Shown piece by piece: positions 41,986 to 56,299 of a stretch of 64,000 nucleotides of DNA. The position numbers and the translations under genes are program-made. Numbering within the stretch: the first letter of the stretch is position 1; each line of letters opens with the position of its first letter. The notes beneath the pieces were generated by a model that saw nothing but the letters and a program-made list of their open reading frames with translations, was not told where the DNA came from and did not search any database. The DNA comes from Camelus dromedarius (lineage: Eukaryota): positions 67,520,001 to 67,584,000 of the forward strand of contig NC_087436.1 of the NCBI RefSeq assembly GCF_036321535.1, in the 5' to 3' direction.

Positions 41986-42509
41986 CATTTCACATTGATT
42001 AGCAGATATTGAAACTTCTTTGTGTTCCTAGAATAAATCCCTCTTGATTACAGTATATTATTTTTTAATGTACTGTTGAATTTGGTTTGCTAATATATTA
42101 TTCAGGCTTTTTTCTTGTAGGTTCATCAGAGAGATTGGCCTATAATTTGTGTCTGTATGTGTGTTCCTTGTCTGCTTTTAGTATCAGAGTAATGCTGGCC
42201 TCATAAAATAAGTTTGGAGGTGTTTCCTCTTCTATTTTTTTGAAGTTTGAAAAGGATTGTTATTAATTCCTCTTTGAATATTTGGTAGAATTCACCTATG
42301 AAGCCATTTGGTCCTGGACATTTGTTCTTTGAGAGATTTTTGATTAGCGATTCAATTGCCTTACTAGTAATCAGTCTATTCATGTTTTCTAATTCTTCAT
42401 GATTCAGTCTTTGTGATTGTATATTTCTGTAAATGTATCCATTTCTTCTAGGTAATCAAATTTGTTGGCATATAGTTATTCATAGTAGTCTCTATCATCC
42501 TTTGTATAT
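41986..42509 (-). mobile_element. L1 ORF2 internal fragment
   Basis: ORF 42201-42383: MNRLITSKAIESLIKNLSKNKCPGPNGFIGEFYQIFKEEL (ORF2p Z-domain region). Confidence 0.88.
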
Positions 42510-42938
42510 TCTTCATTTTGAAGAATAATTTTGTTGGGTATAGACTTTTTGTTGACTTATTTTTTCTTTCAGCTTTTTGATTAGATCATACAGCTTTTTT
42601 CTGGCATCTTCAATTACTTAAGAGAAGTCAATTGCTGAACTTATTGAGGACTTCTTGTACATGATGAATAATTTTTTCTTCAGCTGCTACCAAGATTCTC
42701 CCTTTGTTTTTGGTCTTTGACAATTTGACTATAATGTATCTAATGGTAGCTTGCCTTGCATCTAACCTACTTAGAGCTTGTTGAGTCTCCTGGATATGGA
42801 TATTAAAGTTTTTTTTTCTTTTTATCAGATTTGTTGAATATTGGTCCATTAATTGTTCCAGTAGTCTTTGTGACCCTTCTCTCTCTCCTCTCCTTCTTGG
42901 ACTCCCATTTTGTGTATGTTCTTATGCTTGACGATGTC

Positions 42939-43385
42939 TGTGTTAGGCTGAAAATATGGTCTCCCCAAAGAAAGCCATGTCAAATCCTTGAAGCCAGTGA
43001 ATGTTACCTTATTTGGACAAAAAGGTCTTTGCAGATGAAATTAAGTTGAAGATTTTAGAGATGACATTATCCTGAACTATCTAAGTGGACCATATATCCA
43101 ATTACAAGTGTTCTTTAAGAAATACAGGAGTAGAACAGATAGAAGAGAAGGAAGCAATACGATGTTAGGCACAGATATCAGAGCAGTGCAGCTTAAGGAA
43201 TGCCAGTAGATACCAGCAGCTTGAAGAGACAAACAATGGATTCTGTCTTACACTCTGAAGGGAATATACTCTTGACAATACTTCGATTTGGACTTTGGCC
43301 TCCGGATATGTGAGAATACTTTTCTGTCATATTAAGCCATCAAGTTTGTCATGTTTTTTTATGGCAGTTTAAAGAAAGTAATAAC
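42939..43385 (+). mobile_element. MaLR LTR, MLT1C/D-like, inside L1 ORF1
   Basis: 'tgtgttaggctgaaaatatggtctccccaaag...gtctttgcagatg...attaagccatcaagtttg'; 5-bp TSD ATGTC (42934-42938, 43386-43390). Confidence 0.9.
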
Positions 43386-46300
43386 ATGTCTCATAGGTCT
43401 CTGAGGTATTGTTTATTTTTCTTCATTCCTATTTTTCCTACTGTGTAATCTCAATTGCCCATCTTCAGGTTAGCTAATTCTTTCTTTTTCTACCTCAAAT
43501 TTGCTACTGGGCCCTCTAATAATTTTTTTTTTCATTTCAGTATTTTACTTTTTAACTTTGGAAAACTTTTTGATTCATTTTTCATTGTCTATCTTTTTAT
43601 TGATATTTTCTATTTGGTGAATTCATTGCCATATTTTCCTTTAATTCTTTAGATACGGTACTTTTTGTTCTTTGAACGTGTTCATAATGCTTTTTTAAAA
43701 TCCTGTTTAGTAAGTTCAGCATCTGGGCCCACTAGAGACCATTTCTATTGAATTTTTTTCTTCTCATGTATGGACCAAACATTTTTGTTTATTTCTATGT
43801 CTTATAATTTTTTGTTGAATACTAGTTATTTTAAATAATGTAATGTGGTGCTCCAAAATCAGATTCCATTCTCCCCAGGGTTTTTTCATGTTGTTGACAT
43901 TATTGTTAATTTGTATAGTGACTCTCCTGGAATAATTCTGTATTATTTTGTTATGGGCAAGCACAGAAGTCCATACTCAGCTAGTTTAGTGGTCAACCAA
44001 TAGATTTTGTTATATTTCTTGAATCAGTAAGACTCCCAAATTTTGCTGAGGTTTCCTGCATGTGTGCTGTTGTGTTAGAGATTTGGCATGAACTTTACAA
44101 CTCCACTTTAGGTTTCACTTTATATGCATACAGAGCCCCATGGTCAGTCAGGGACTAGAGGTTAGGACCTTCTAAGGACTTTCCTAGGCATGCACATAGA
44201 CCTGCTTGTAAGCATAAACCTCTACGTTCCCAGGAATATGTCAGTACTTTCAAAGCTTCCCATGGATATCTCATTCTTCAGATTTTCCTTTTAAGATTTT
44301 TGGCCAGCCTCTTGTCTGCATCACATAATATAGCCACTTTAAAACAACTAGTGTTGATTGTTTTTGACATATACACTAGGGATCAGGATTTCCTCACTGA
44401 GTAAGGTCTGAGTCAAGTCAAATAAAGACAAGTGCTGTGGAAGTAGCTTTTGTAGGGATATTTCAGAAAGACCAAACAGTGATATTTCTCTGAGTATGTT
44501 TTGTTTGTTTTTTAAAAGACTACAAACCCATCTTCTCCCACTAGTGGCTGTTAGCCTGCTGATTTTCACAACCACCAATGTTTCAAGATTGCTGGTTTTT
44601 AAGGCTATCATGATGCTAAGAAGAGGGCAATTGGAATAGGACAATTTGTTTACCAAAATTCAGCCATTTTTCTTGAAAAGAACACTCCTCAAATTGTTGT
44701 AAACTGGTTATTTGCAGAGTTCTGAAACATTAGATTTTGACAATGTTTGCCAGTTTGCAAACTTTCATGGTGGAGGCGGGGAGTAGATTTAAAGAACCCT
44801 GTCTGATTTTCTGGAAGTTCCCCCCAAAAAGCACCTTTGTGGTTTTTTGTAATACTTGATTCCAACTTTGTTTCCTAGTCTCTGTTTAGAAGTATATGAT
44901 TCCCCTTAAGAGAAGGTCTCAATTGTCTTTTGCTTTCTTCCTGATTTATCTTTCCCCCTGATTTTTCACTTTCTACTTTACAGAAAAAATATACAACCCC
45001 TTCAATTGATATTATCTCTTTGTTTTGGCAATTCTTCTTTTGCTTACAGACAGACACACACACCCCTTTATTTAAACTATTTTCTCTCATTTCAATGCAG
45101 TTATGAGGAATTTTAAATTACATTTTTTTTATCAACTTGAAGTAGACCTTACATTATTTATACTTAATTTACAAGCTCCATATATGCACAGATTGATAAT
45201 GAACATGCTCCTATAATTTAATAAATATCTAACTGAATGCTATATTAAAAAAAAAGCCCTCTGTTATTTTTGAGTTTTCTTATTGTTGATGGGCACTTCA
45301 ATCAAGAAAAATATACTCATGTTTAGTATTCTCTAGTTTGAACAGTTTAAACACTGGAAAAACAGTTAATAGATGGAGAGAAAGATTCTGGATTTAGGAG
45401 TAACTTGCTATGCTACATAAGAAAAATTCTTGAGTCTATATGACATTAATAGGAATGCCGGTGTAAGCCTCTGGGCATTACTGTGGTGAAATTAATGAGT
45501 ATTTAAGATATAAGTTATATTCCTGTATTTGTTAAAGTACATGTAAACTAAAAGATATGCACACTCATTTGTAAAAATAATAGTATTAATCTGGTTAAAA
45601 ATACCAGCTAGCCAAATAGTTTCTAGCTATGAAGGTTGAGATATTTTGAGCAGGGAGAACAATGTATCTGAAAAAAATCTACCATCTCTGATGTAAGGTT
45701 TCTACCTGAGTAAAAATATAAATATTCTTAATGAACTTCAAATGCCTTTCAGTTGTAATTACATAACATAACCACTGTTTTTGTGCCTCTTTATCTACTT
45801 CTGAGGCCTATATTGCATTCATGAGAAAAACTGGGAGATAAAATGGTTATTGAGATTAGAGCTAACTCTGTCATTTTGATCTTTTTCCATAAAATGCAGA
45901 CAAAAGCTTTTATTTATTTATTGTTTTGGTTTCCAGTGGTGCTCAGGCAGTTTGGAGTTGTGAAGCTCTGAATTATGCAAGGATAAGTGGCTCATACTTT
46001 ACCCATAACCAGAGTGTGTGCTTTAATCATGAGTGTGAAGCAATCTTCATTTTTAGGAGTCACTTCTCTTGAAGGGACAAGTAATCAGCAGCATTACTGT
46101 AAGCTCCTAGTAAAGTATGGTTCCACGTGTTACCATAATGTTTCTCTTCATAAACCTTTCTCAAAGAAGTTATCAAGCTGAATTTGCTAAGCTTTCTATT
46201 CCATTTTTTTCTAGAGTTAAGTATATCTATTTGAATTCTGATACCCTATGGAAAGCAGCCCACAGGTGAACAAAATTTTGCCTTGCTGTATTACTGAGAA

Positions 46301-47309
46301 ACTTCTCACCATCTTTTGGAAATCCTGCTAGTGAACCACCAGTAGTTATTAATTTAACCAAGCAGAGAAGTCCAGGCTTACTAAACCATCGTATTCAACT
46401 AATTACCCGGTAGCCTGCAGGAGTGCCCAATTAAGCCCATGTCAGATATCTCTAAGAATATTGAATTTGTTACAGATATTCATTTATTCAAAACAACAAC
46501 TATCTCCTCATTTAGAAGAATAGTGAAATAATTTTAAGGAGAAAACATCCCCTAAGGTTATAAAAAAGACCTGGAACTTAGCCTAGGTGTATTCTGAGGA
46601 TAAAGATGAAGACAGGGCACCTTAGATTGTAAAGGGGATTCCCGATTGGCATATAGAGTAACATAGCATACTGGCAAACAAATTTGCTAAACATAACCAT
46701 TAAGCAATTCAATAAACATTTTCACTTTCTCTCAAGCACATATGACAGTAGAAACTGTGAAATAAATTGACCCCAATATGCAGTTGAGTGTGAAGCCCGT
46801 GGGACAAGTCCAGCCATGGAGGTGGAGACATTTATGCCTGGCAACAGCTGGCCTAGAATATACTTTTCAAAGAAAGGATTCAGTATAAATTTGAAAAAAA
46901 AAAAAAAGGGATAGAGGGGAAAAGAGGTTCAAGAAAGAAAAAAGCATGTCTAACAGTCTCATATTCAATTGTTTTTCTTTCTACAAGGCTTCATTTTTAA
47001 AGATTTTTAACAAGAAAAATAAAAATAGAATATAATACAAATGGTACTCTGTGGATGTCAGTCTAAAGGCTTTTTTGATTGCAGCTTCTCATGAGATGCT
47101 TAACTTGTAAGACAAGGAAGCTTCTTTTGTTGATTTACTTTGAAATAAGATAAAGGAGAGTAAATAGTATGTTAAAAAAATAATTTTCTCTCTTTTCTCC
47201 ATATCATTTACTAATTACTTTATTATTCCTTCAAAAAATATTGTATATGCTCCTAAATTAAAGCCTTCAGAACATTTTTAGTCTATGTCTAGATTTAAAA
47301 AATCTTCAC

Positions 47310-47445
47310 CTCTCATTTGTTCACTTGCTCATTTTATGCCTCCTCCTTCTATGGAATTCAAGCTCCGTGAGTGCCAAGACCTGTCTGTTTTATGTATTCC
47401 TCTATCTCCAATCTCCATACTAATATTGAGCTCAGCAATTTTAAT
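47310..47445 (+). mobile_element. L2 3' end
   Basis: 'gaattcaagctccgtgagtgccaagacctgtctgttttatgtattcctctatctcca'. Confidence 0.7.
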
Positions 47446-47857
47446 AGGTACATTTTTATGACTTTACTTACAAATATATTATGCAAGTATTAGTGTAGTG
47501 CCAATAAGCTGCATAATGCTCATACTGGAAAAACAAAGGAAATTCTCCAAGTTTGTTATACATTCAAGCAATAACAAAAATATATAAAAATAAAGGGATT
47601 TTATTTTCAAGTTTTATCTGGTTGTCAAAAACATCTATTTAATGTTTACATTCTGTAAGTTTTGTCTCTGAGTAATATGATTGTTTTCTTAATAAATTGT
47701 CATGTTACCAATATAAAGAGGAGATTTAAATATCAGACATATGGTTAAATTAGATGTGGCTTAGGGTCTCTTCAAACTCAGATTTCAAGATGACTTTGAT
47801 TCTTAACAAATGAGAGACTTCAGAGAAGCTGGTCCAATCACTAATTGCTTAGAACCC

Positions 47858-47986
47858 TAGATACTTTATAATTTATTTTACAAACTAGGCTACTTCAAGA
47901 GTGAAATAAGATGTTTTAATAATTATACTAGGACAACTGGCATAAAGGATACTGTCTAGAGAAAACTGGGATTTTATTCCCCACTG
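47858..47986. mobile_element. MER94-like hAT-Blackjack MITE
   Basis: 'tataatttattttacaaactaggctacttcaagagtgaaa...taataattatactaggacaactggcataaaggatactgtctagagaaaactggg'. Confidence 0.7.
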
Positions 47987-50356
47987 TCTAAAGTGATGGT
48001 ATTTAAGTTAGTCAACTACTGTCAACTCTAAGAAAGAGGTGAAAAAATCCTGAAGAGTCTGAAGATAAATTTCTTATATGCACACACTGACACACAGAGA
48101 GAGAAATGCTGAAAAAATCTTGGGATTCTACAGTATCTAGAAGGTCTGAGCAGGACACAGTGTTCTTTATTAGACAAAAAATAGGCTAGTCAGAAACGCA
48201 GGGAGGAGAGTTACTATCTTACTGATCATCTTACTCCTGGCATCTGTTTCATTTAAATCCTTTCATCTATCTCCTTTTTTGCCGAAGATTTCAGTATATA
48301 CATTTTGGGAAAATAACCCAGTGGAACTGGACGTTATCATCACAGAGACAAGTGCACAGTGTACAGAAAGATTTTACAAATGAAAATTCTCCATTCAAAA
48401 AACACTGATAAACTTACAAAATGCTGGAGATTAATGCAACTTGCAATCTATCCAGACTAAACAACAGGAAATGATAATGATAACTGCTTTATAAACTTGT
48501 GACCAAGGGAGGATTATCTGGCTGTTTGTTTTTTTGTGTCCGGGCTTACTCTTCTAATCCCAAAAGAGTTGGTTTAAATTATGCTTAGTAAAGTAGATCT
48601 GCTCATTGTGGTCTGCATCTGGCCACTATTTATACATCACATATTCACTGTAATGCTCTTAAGTCTGACGACTGTTTCTAACAAAGAGTTGCACTACTCT
48701 GGCTCACATTCCTGTAGTTCTATTCCTGAAGTATTTTGGAGTGCTTTTTTTTTTTTTTTTTTTTTTGAGAACAGAAACAACAGATAAACTATTCTTTGAA
48801 TGATAGGAATCATGTAAATAACTTCAAAATCAGAATAAGGAAAGCATATTTCTGAAGGTTGAGAATTTGGGCTACTTTCTGGATATGCTCAGTATGAAAA
48901 ACTAAATTGCCACTGACTCTCACATGGATTAAGCAGTTATGAAGAAACTGAGGCTGATAGCCTGTTCTGGCATGAACTGTTGATGCATCAAGGAGTGCAG
49001 AGCTTAGCTGAAAGATGGATCATAGTGACTGATTACATTTGTATGCATCTGCAAGTGTTCTTAGGGGAATAAACAGGATTTCAGAACAGTAAGGGTTAAA
49101 ATGTTTACAGATGTTTTCATGTATAATCTTTTACCATCTTCTTACGTTTACTTTTGCTTTATATATATTTCTGGTTTAAGAGATCCTACATTCAGTATTT
49201 AAAATAGTTGTTTTTTTAATATAGCTTTTGATTTTATGAACATAGTGTCTATATGGAAACAAAAACTTTAAGCTTATTTTGCAAAAAAAATTTTACATGA
49301 AGAGAAAAATAGTAGAAAATAATACTGTGAGAAAACATCCAAAATGGTATCTTTGTTTGTTACTAGAAAAGGTAACTACAGATCATTTTTTCTTGCTCCT
49401 TGCCACATTATGTAGTATAGTATATCTAAGCCATTTAAGTGAGGAATATAAAATTTATAATCTGAAAAAAGTAATAAAACTTGTAGGCCTAAAAAGTTTA
49501 GAAAATTAATTTAGCCTAATGTTGACTTGGGTATACCTTTCAAGTTCTTTTAAGGTATTTTTTTTTTATTTTTAAAATTCAAAATTAAAAAGTATAGAAT
49601 TGACATATTTCATAATGATATAAAAGTTAACTTGTAATAATGAAATTATATTTTATAAAATGTGTTTTTAAACAAGGAATAATTCCAATATTCATATTTG
49701 TAGTTGTAGTAAATAGGCAAAAAAATGTAGATATGGTCACAGGAACATATTTTACATACCAGGAAGTCGTAAAAAATAACTATGGAAATCACAAAGGCCA
49801 AAAAAATAAAACAAATTACCCAAATAAAAACAAGAAAATATAAGAATGATTCACTGACTATCATTTTGTTTAGACAATATTTAATAGTAGCTCATCATAA
49901 TGACTTAATCATTCATCTCAAAATTTATAAAGTCAGTTAATTGAATGTTGAATAGCTGAGATTCAAACCCAGGTATTTTAAATCTACTGCAATATCAGAT
50001 TTGTTCTTTCACAATTACATGTATTAGAAATGGGCCATGTATTATATACTATGGAGGATAATGAAGTCCAGTTATAAAAACAGGTCAGCTAAAAGTATTA
50101 ATAAATATTTATACATTTATATATATATACAGCTACATCCTACCGTATGAGAATTTATCTTTATATCCACATAGCAACATTGATTTATAGCTATCTTTAG
50201 TTATTCATCTACAATATAGCTGTTAGAGCTTTTATAAAGAATTCAACATAGTCAATCCATTTCCTAATATTTTGATTTATTTTCTCATGGGTTCTAGAAA
50301 ATGTTTCCCCTTTAATTATATACTAGGCCCTATGACTACAGGGATTTAGTCTTCAG

Positions 50357-53168
50357 TGATTTTCTTACTGAGGTGTAACTGACATACAACATTATATTGC
50401 TTTATGTATACAATAGCGATTTGATATTTGTATATATTGTGAAATAATCACCACAATAAGTCTAGTTAACATCCATCACCAAACATAGTTACAATAGTAT
50501 TTTTTATGATGAGGACTTTTTAAAATATATTTTTATTGAAGTATAGTCAGTTTATAATGTGTTGATTTCTGGTGTATAGCACAATACTTCAGTCATATAG
50601 GAACATACATATATTGATTTTCCTATTCTTTTTCACCATAAGTTACTACAAGATATTGAATATAGTTCCCTGTACTATACAGTATAAACTTGTTGTTTAT
50701 CTCTTTTATATATAGTAGTTAGTATCTGCAAATCTCGAAGACTCAGTTTATCCCTTGCTGCCCCTCAACCCCCCACTGGTAACCATAAGTTTGTTTTCTA
50801 TGTCTGTGAGTATGTTTCTGTTTCATAAATATGTTTGTCCTTTTTTTAGATTCCACATATAAGTGCTATCATATGGTATTTTTCTTTCTCTTTCTGGCTT
50901 ACTTCACTCAGAATGACATTCTCCAGGTCCATCCATGTTGCTGCAAATGGCATTATTTTATTATTTTTTATGGTTGAGTAGTATTCCATTGTATAAATAT
51001 ACCACAGCTTCTTCATCCAGTCATCTGTTGATGGACATTTAGGTTGTTTCCATCTCTTGGCTATTGTAAATAGTGGTGCTGTGAACAATGGGGTGCAGGT
51101 GTCTTTTTGAATTAAGGTTCCCTCCAGATATATACCCAGGAGTGGGATTGCTGGATTATATGGTAAATCTATCTTTAATCTTTTGAGGAATCTCCGTACT
51201 GTTTTCGATAATGGCTGCACCAGACTACATTCCCACCAACAGTGTAGGAGGGCTCCCTTTTCGCCACACCCTCTCCTTTTATTGTTTGAGGACTTCTGAA
51301 TGATGGCCACTCTGGTGTGAGGTGATGTCTCATGGTAGTTTTGATTTGCATTTCTCTGATAATTAGCAATATTGAGCATTTTTTACATGTGCCTATCGGC
51401 CATTTGTAAGTCTTCATTAGAGAATTGCTTGTTTAGGTCTTCTGCCCATTTGTGGATTGGGTTGTTTGATTTTTTTTCTTATTAAGTTGTATGAGCTGTT
51501 TATATATTCTGGAAATCAACCCCTTGTCAGTCTCATACTTTGCAAATATTTTCTCCCATTCTGTAGGTGTCTTTTTGTTTTGCTTATGGTTTCCTTTGCT
51601 GTGCAAAAGCTTTTAAGTTTAATTAGGTCCCATTTTAAGATTTACTCTCTTAGCAACTTCCAAAAATGCAGTACAGTATTATTAGCTATAGTTATTATGC
51701 TTTGTTACATCCCAATGACTTATTTTATAATTTTGTACCTTTGACTTCCTTCACACTTACCTCCCCTCTCCCCCTCAAAACAATTACCCAACTATTCTCA
51801 GTATCTATGAGCTTTTTTTTTTTTAGAGTTCATTTATAAGTGGGATCATATGGTGTTTGTCTTTCTCTGATTTATTTTACTTAGCATAATACCCTCAAGC
51901 CTCAAGGTCCATCTATGTTGTTGACATGGCAGGATTTCATTTCTTATTATTGAGATATATTTGAAATACAAAATTTTGTTAGTTTTATTTCATAAGAACA
52001 ACATAATGATTCAATATTTGTATATATTGTGAAATGATCATCACAGTTTAGGTAGTATTCATCACCATACATGTAGATTTCTTTTTTCTTGTTATGAGAA
52101 CTGTATTGAATTGTATGAGTTCTTTATATATTTTAGGTATTAACCACTTTATAGGTAAAAAACTTGCAAATATTCCTTCACCTTCATAGGTTGTCTTTTT
52201 AATTCACTGTTGTTTTCCTTTGCTAGACAGAATCTTTTCAGATTTTCATTGTAGTCCCACTTACTTGCTTTTGTTGCCTTTGCTTTATGTGTCAAATCTA
52301 AAAAAAAAAAAAAAAACAAAAAAAAAACAACTCATTACCAAGACCAATGTCAAGAAGTGCTCATGTATATTTTCTTCTAGAAGTGCTCATGTATATTTTC
52401 TTCTAGAAGTTTCCTGGTTTCAGATCTTATGTTCAGATCTTCAGTGCATTTTGAGGTTTTGTTTATGGTGTGAAATAGTGATCCATATGGCTGTCCAGTT
52501 TTCCCAGCACAATTTATTAAAGAGACCATCCTTTCTCTATTGTATATTCTTGGCTCTTTTATTGAAATTAATTTACCATATATGTGTGGTTTATTTCTGG
52601 GTTCCCTATTTGTTCCATGGATCCTTTTTAATGTTATTATGACCATACCATACTATTTTGATTAATGTACATTTATAAAATGGTTTAAAATCAAGGTACA
52701 TGAGGCCTCCAACTTTTTTTTTTTAATTTTTCCTGAAACTTTCTTTGGCTATTCACAGTCTTTTGTGGTTTTGTATACATTTTATGATTGTTTGTCCTAC
52801 TTCTGAGAAAAATGCCATTGGAATTTTGATAGGGATTACACTGAGTATGTAGATTACTGTGCGTAGTAGGAACATTTTAACTGTATTAATTCTTCCAATA
52901 TATGAGCACAGGATATCTTTGCGTTTATTTGTGAACAGCATTCTTGTCTTTTTCCTGATCTTAGAGGAAAAGCTTTCAGTTTTGGCTACTGAGATGATGT
53001 TAGCTTTAGATTTTGACACATATGCCCTTTATTATATTGAAGTACACTCCCCCTATACCCACTTTGTTAAGAGTTTTTATCATAAATGTATGTTGAAATT
53101 TGTCATATGCTTTGTCTGAATCTTTTGAGATGATCATGTATTTTTTTATCCTTGACTTTGTTAATGTC
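50357..53168 (-). mobile_element. Mosaic of older L1MA9-like pieces (3' UTR 50357-50520 and 51635-51945; second 3' tip ~51945-52102; ORF2 ~52103-53168)
   Basis: Host text 'gatgaggacttt|taagatttactctcttagcaactt' split by a younger L1; ORFs 52377-52646 and 52753-53019 are ORF2p-like. Confidence 0.85.
50525..51633 (-). mobile_element. Camelid L1, 5'-truncated, ~1.1 kb, nested in an older L1 3' UTR
   Basis: ORFs 50846-51379 and 51175-51417 are the frameshifted ORF2p C-terminus; 3' end 'ttttattgaagtatagtcagtt'; only a short TTTTAA duplication is visible. Confidence 0.93.
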
Positions 53169-55028
53169 TTTAGAATCAGTGCTTTAGAAATATTGGTGAC
53201 AATTATCTATATCACTTAGATGAATTTTAAAATCTATTTCAGTCAAATGTTTAGCAATTTTTATCACACATGATTGGTACTAACAAAATAATTAAGATGG
53301 TAACCAATCTAAAGTAGAGCCAAAGAGTGAAATCTGACTTTTCTCATTGCTCTGGTTCCAACATGATATAATATAAGGCCCTTAAATTTATGAAGGTTGT
53401 ATGGTAACAGTATAAGAAAACTTTCCTTTGCTTTGAGATACATATATCTCACATTAAATTCTATTTTATTTGTTTTTATAGTAAATTACATCTGGCTGTG
53501 TTAATATAAATTCTGGGGGGAAAAAAGTGAGTTTCTCAAGTTTTTCCTCTTTTTCAATCCCAATAACTACAGTCATAGAAGGGTGTGATTCTGTTTGTGT
53601 GTGAGCATTATAGAGAAACATTCAATACAGTATAATTAGAAGTTTAATCAGGTCAGTGGAGTGTGAGCCATTACAAAGGAAGTACAGTTCCTGAGGCAAT
53701 AGAAATCTTATGTAGAAATGTACACTTAACTACCTTATTGAAAGTGTTTGGGCTTGCAGTTTACCAAAGGGAAATAGTCAATAGTTTCTATAGCTGCATG
53801 TAACTTGATTAGCCAATAAACCATATTAAAGTGCATAATAAGCCGTTTTACCATATCCAGTTACCCATTCAAGCCTGCCATCCATAGAGCTGTGCTTAAA
53901 AGGACATTTGCAGAATACTGCAACCATTTCTTTATTGCAGTTTCTTTGTTTATGTATCACTACACAAAAGTTAGTAATTAGCAATGGGTCTCAGTTCATT
54001 TAACATGAATGAGCAAGATCTCAATTCTACTACATTCTATTAGGGTGTAATAGTTCTCTTGACCTCTACCTAGGAATAAGGTATTTTATCCACCACAGTG
54101 AAAATGAAAATAACAATGGCTTCCTTCCTCTTCACGGAAATGCAAAGTAACTTTTACATCAATTTGTATTTATGAATGAAAAAAAGTGAGATTACTTTCA
54201 TTTATCAGACCCAAACTATAGTAAATCATTGCATGAATGTGCACTTTTGGTGGTTTGAGACACAAATTGAAGTCAACAATAATATTTTTGCCTTTTCTTT
54301 ATGAATAGAAACTTCAAACATAAAATAAACATTTCAAATTGCTTTTTCTGTCAACATGCAGGAGGAGAAACAATTTTCTGAAGTTAATAACATTTCTGCA
54401 AAGGCTGTGGGGAAATCATGCACAGCTAAACTGCATAGGACCGAAGCCTGCTAAACAAAAAACTTTCTGGAACTTCTTTTACAGTTTTTCCTTATTGTTC
54501 TATGAGATTTAAAATACTTTCAAAGAGTAACCAGTTGTTAGAAACTGGATGTCTTATACATCTTAGAGGAGATACTTAAACCATAATTCACCTTTACATC
54601 AATCACAGTCAAGAAGTAAAGAGTTTCTCTGGTATATTTTCTTTGACTCTTTTAGAAACATATGAAAGCTCTGTTATTTTTAATGCGAGTCTTAGTTGAT
54701 GAAGAAAATCAAAAAAGTTATAACCCACTAAAATATTAAGACATTCATTTTCTCAATTGTGATGATATTATTGTGATTTTACATAATGGAATTGATTTTT
54801 TTTTCATATTTAGTACTCTTTAAACAAGGAAAAAGTCTTTGGAAAAAATATGATGTGGAATTTTAATATCTTAGAAACAAAAGAACCATATGTCTGAAAT
54901 CACCTTGCTCTCTAATTTCACTCTAGCCAAAAATCACATGGTAGCTGACAGCCACCTTGCTAAGTCTAGCACCTTGTAGTGGGAGAACTAAACATAAAAA
55001 CTCTCACTTTGGCATCACTGGCTTAGGA

Positions 55029-55354
55029 CAGATGTCAGCAAATGTTTTCTTAAAGGGCCAGAGTACATACTTCAGGCTTTGTGGGCCATATTGTCTTGGG
55101 AGCAACTACTCAAATCTGTTCTTAGAGTGTAAAAACAGCTCTAGATGATACATAAACAAATGAGTAGGGGTGTTTCCCAGTAAAATATTACTTTTATGGA
55201 CCTGGAAATTTAAATCTCATTATGTTCACATATCATGAAGTAGACTTCTTTGTTTCATTGTTTCCAACCATTTAAAGATGTAAAAACCACTGTAACTTGC
55301 TGGCCATAAGCAGTGGTCCACTTTGATTTGTGGGTCATAGCTTGCTGATCTCTG
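55029..55354. mobile_element. MER58B (hAT-Charlie MITE)
   Basis: TIRs CAGATGTCAGCAAA / CTTGCTGATCTCTG; internal 'aaagggccaga...ttcaggctttgtgggccata'; degenerate 8-bp TSD gcttagga / gcgtaagt with central TA. Confidence 0.9.
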
Positions 55355-56299
55355 GCGTAAGTTATGCCTCTTGTTGTGGCTGGCTAAAATACTTGCTTAT
55401 ATTTCATTTCCCATGTGGTACAAGCTTCTTGCTTTAATTTTTGATCAATGCTTCCAGTCTCAATCGGACTTTCAGCATTTTCACACATTATTCTTGCTGG
55501 ATCCTTTAAGCTTTCCTAACTTCTAAATCTACTTTTTTTCTTTCCTCTTCCTCCTAGCATCTTTTCCTTTGTACTGTTGCCTTTCATAAATCTACAAATA
55601 GAAAGCTAACATAATTTTATAGGCTCCTGCTAAGGTCTGGTCAATTCTCCAGACTATTTTTTTTTCCAATTCTACCTACTTCATTTTGTTCTCCAAGATA
55701 CAATTTATTATGAATACAATGATGGAAATGATGAGTGAAAAGAAACATACAAGGTCTTCACTAGCAGAATAAAGTGAAAAAAAAAAGTCATGTATCACAA
55801 ATAATAAGCAGTTTGCATATTCCCCATTTCACTTAATAGAACAGTGGTTGTGGGTCCCAGTGTCAATGCATATAGACTGAGGTGTTTATTATAACACATG
55901 TGTAACAAAATTTCTGAATATATTCTACCTAATATACATACTCAATCTTCCATGTTCAGAGTGGATGCTTCATTTTTCTATGTGTGTGGAGTGTTTTGTA
56001 TCATTTCAATTTGTTCCATTCAAACTCTCTAAGCTTTATATCAGTTGCTAGATCATTTCATGTTATATTTATATGTTAAGGATCAAAGACAAAAATAAAT
56101 ACTCAAGGCTTTAGTTTTCCTATTAAATTATTACTATGCTCTTAGCTTTCTTAAGAATTAAGTGATAAGGTACAATACAGACTGCTATAGCCCATGGCAA
56201 TAACAGTTATGCATTTCTCTCCCTAGAAAATTAGAACAAATGAACATTTTTGTCACATAATATTCTGACTGGCAGAATTATGTAGACTTAGCTACAGCT

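Larger units (their letters stand above)
24200..44820 (-). mobile_element. Ancient near-full-length L1MB-type element, fragmented by nested insertions (pieces ~24200-28034, 30224-30482, 41884-41985, 42510-42938, 43386-44820)
   Basis: L1MB 3' end at ~24240-24420, antisense ORF2 to ~27900, inter-ORF text resuming colinearly after each insertion, ORF1 at ~42510-43900, 5' UTR ending near 'ctggaagttc' 44820. Confidence 0.75.
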
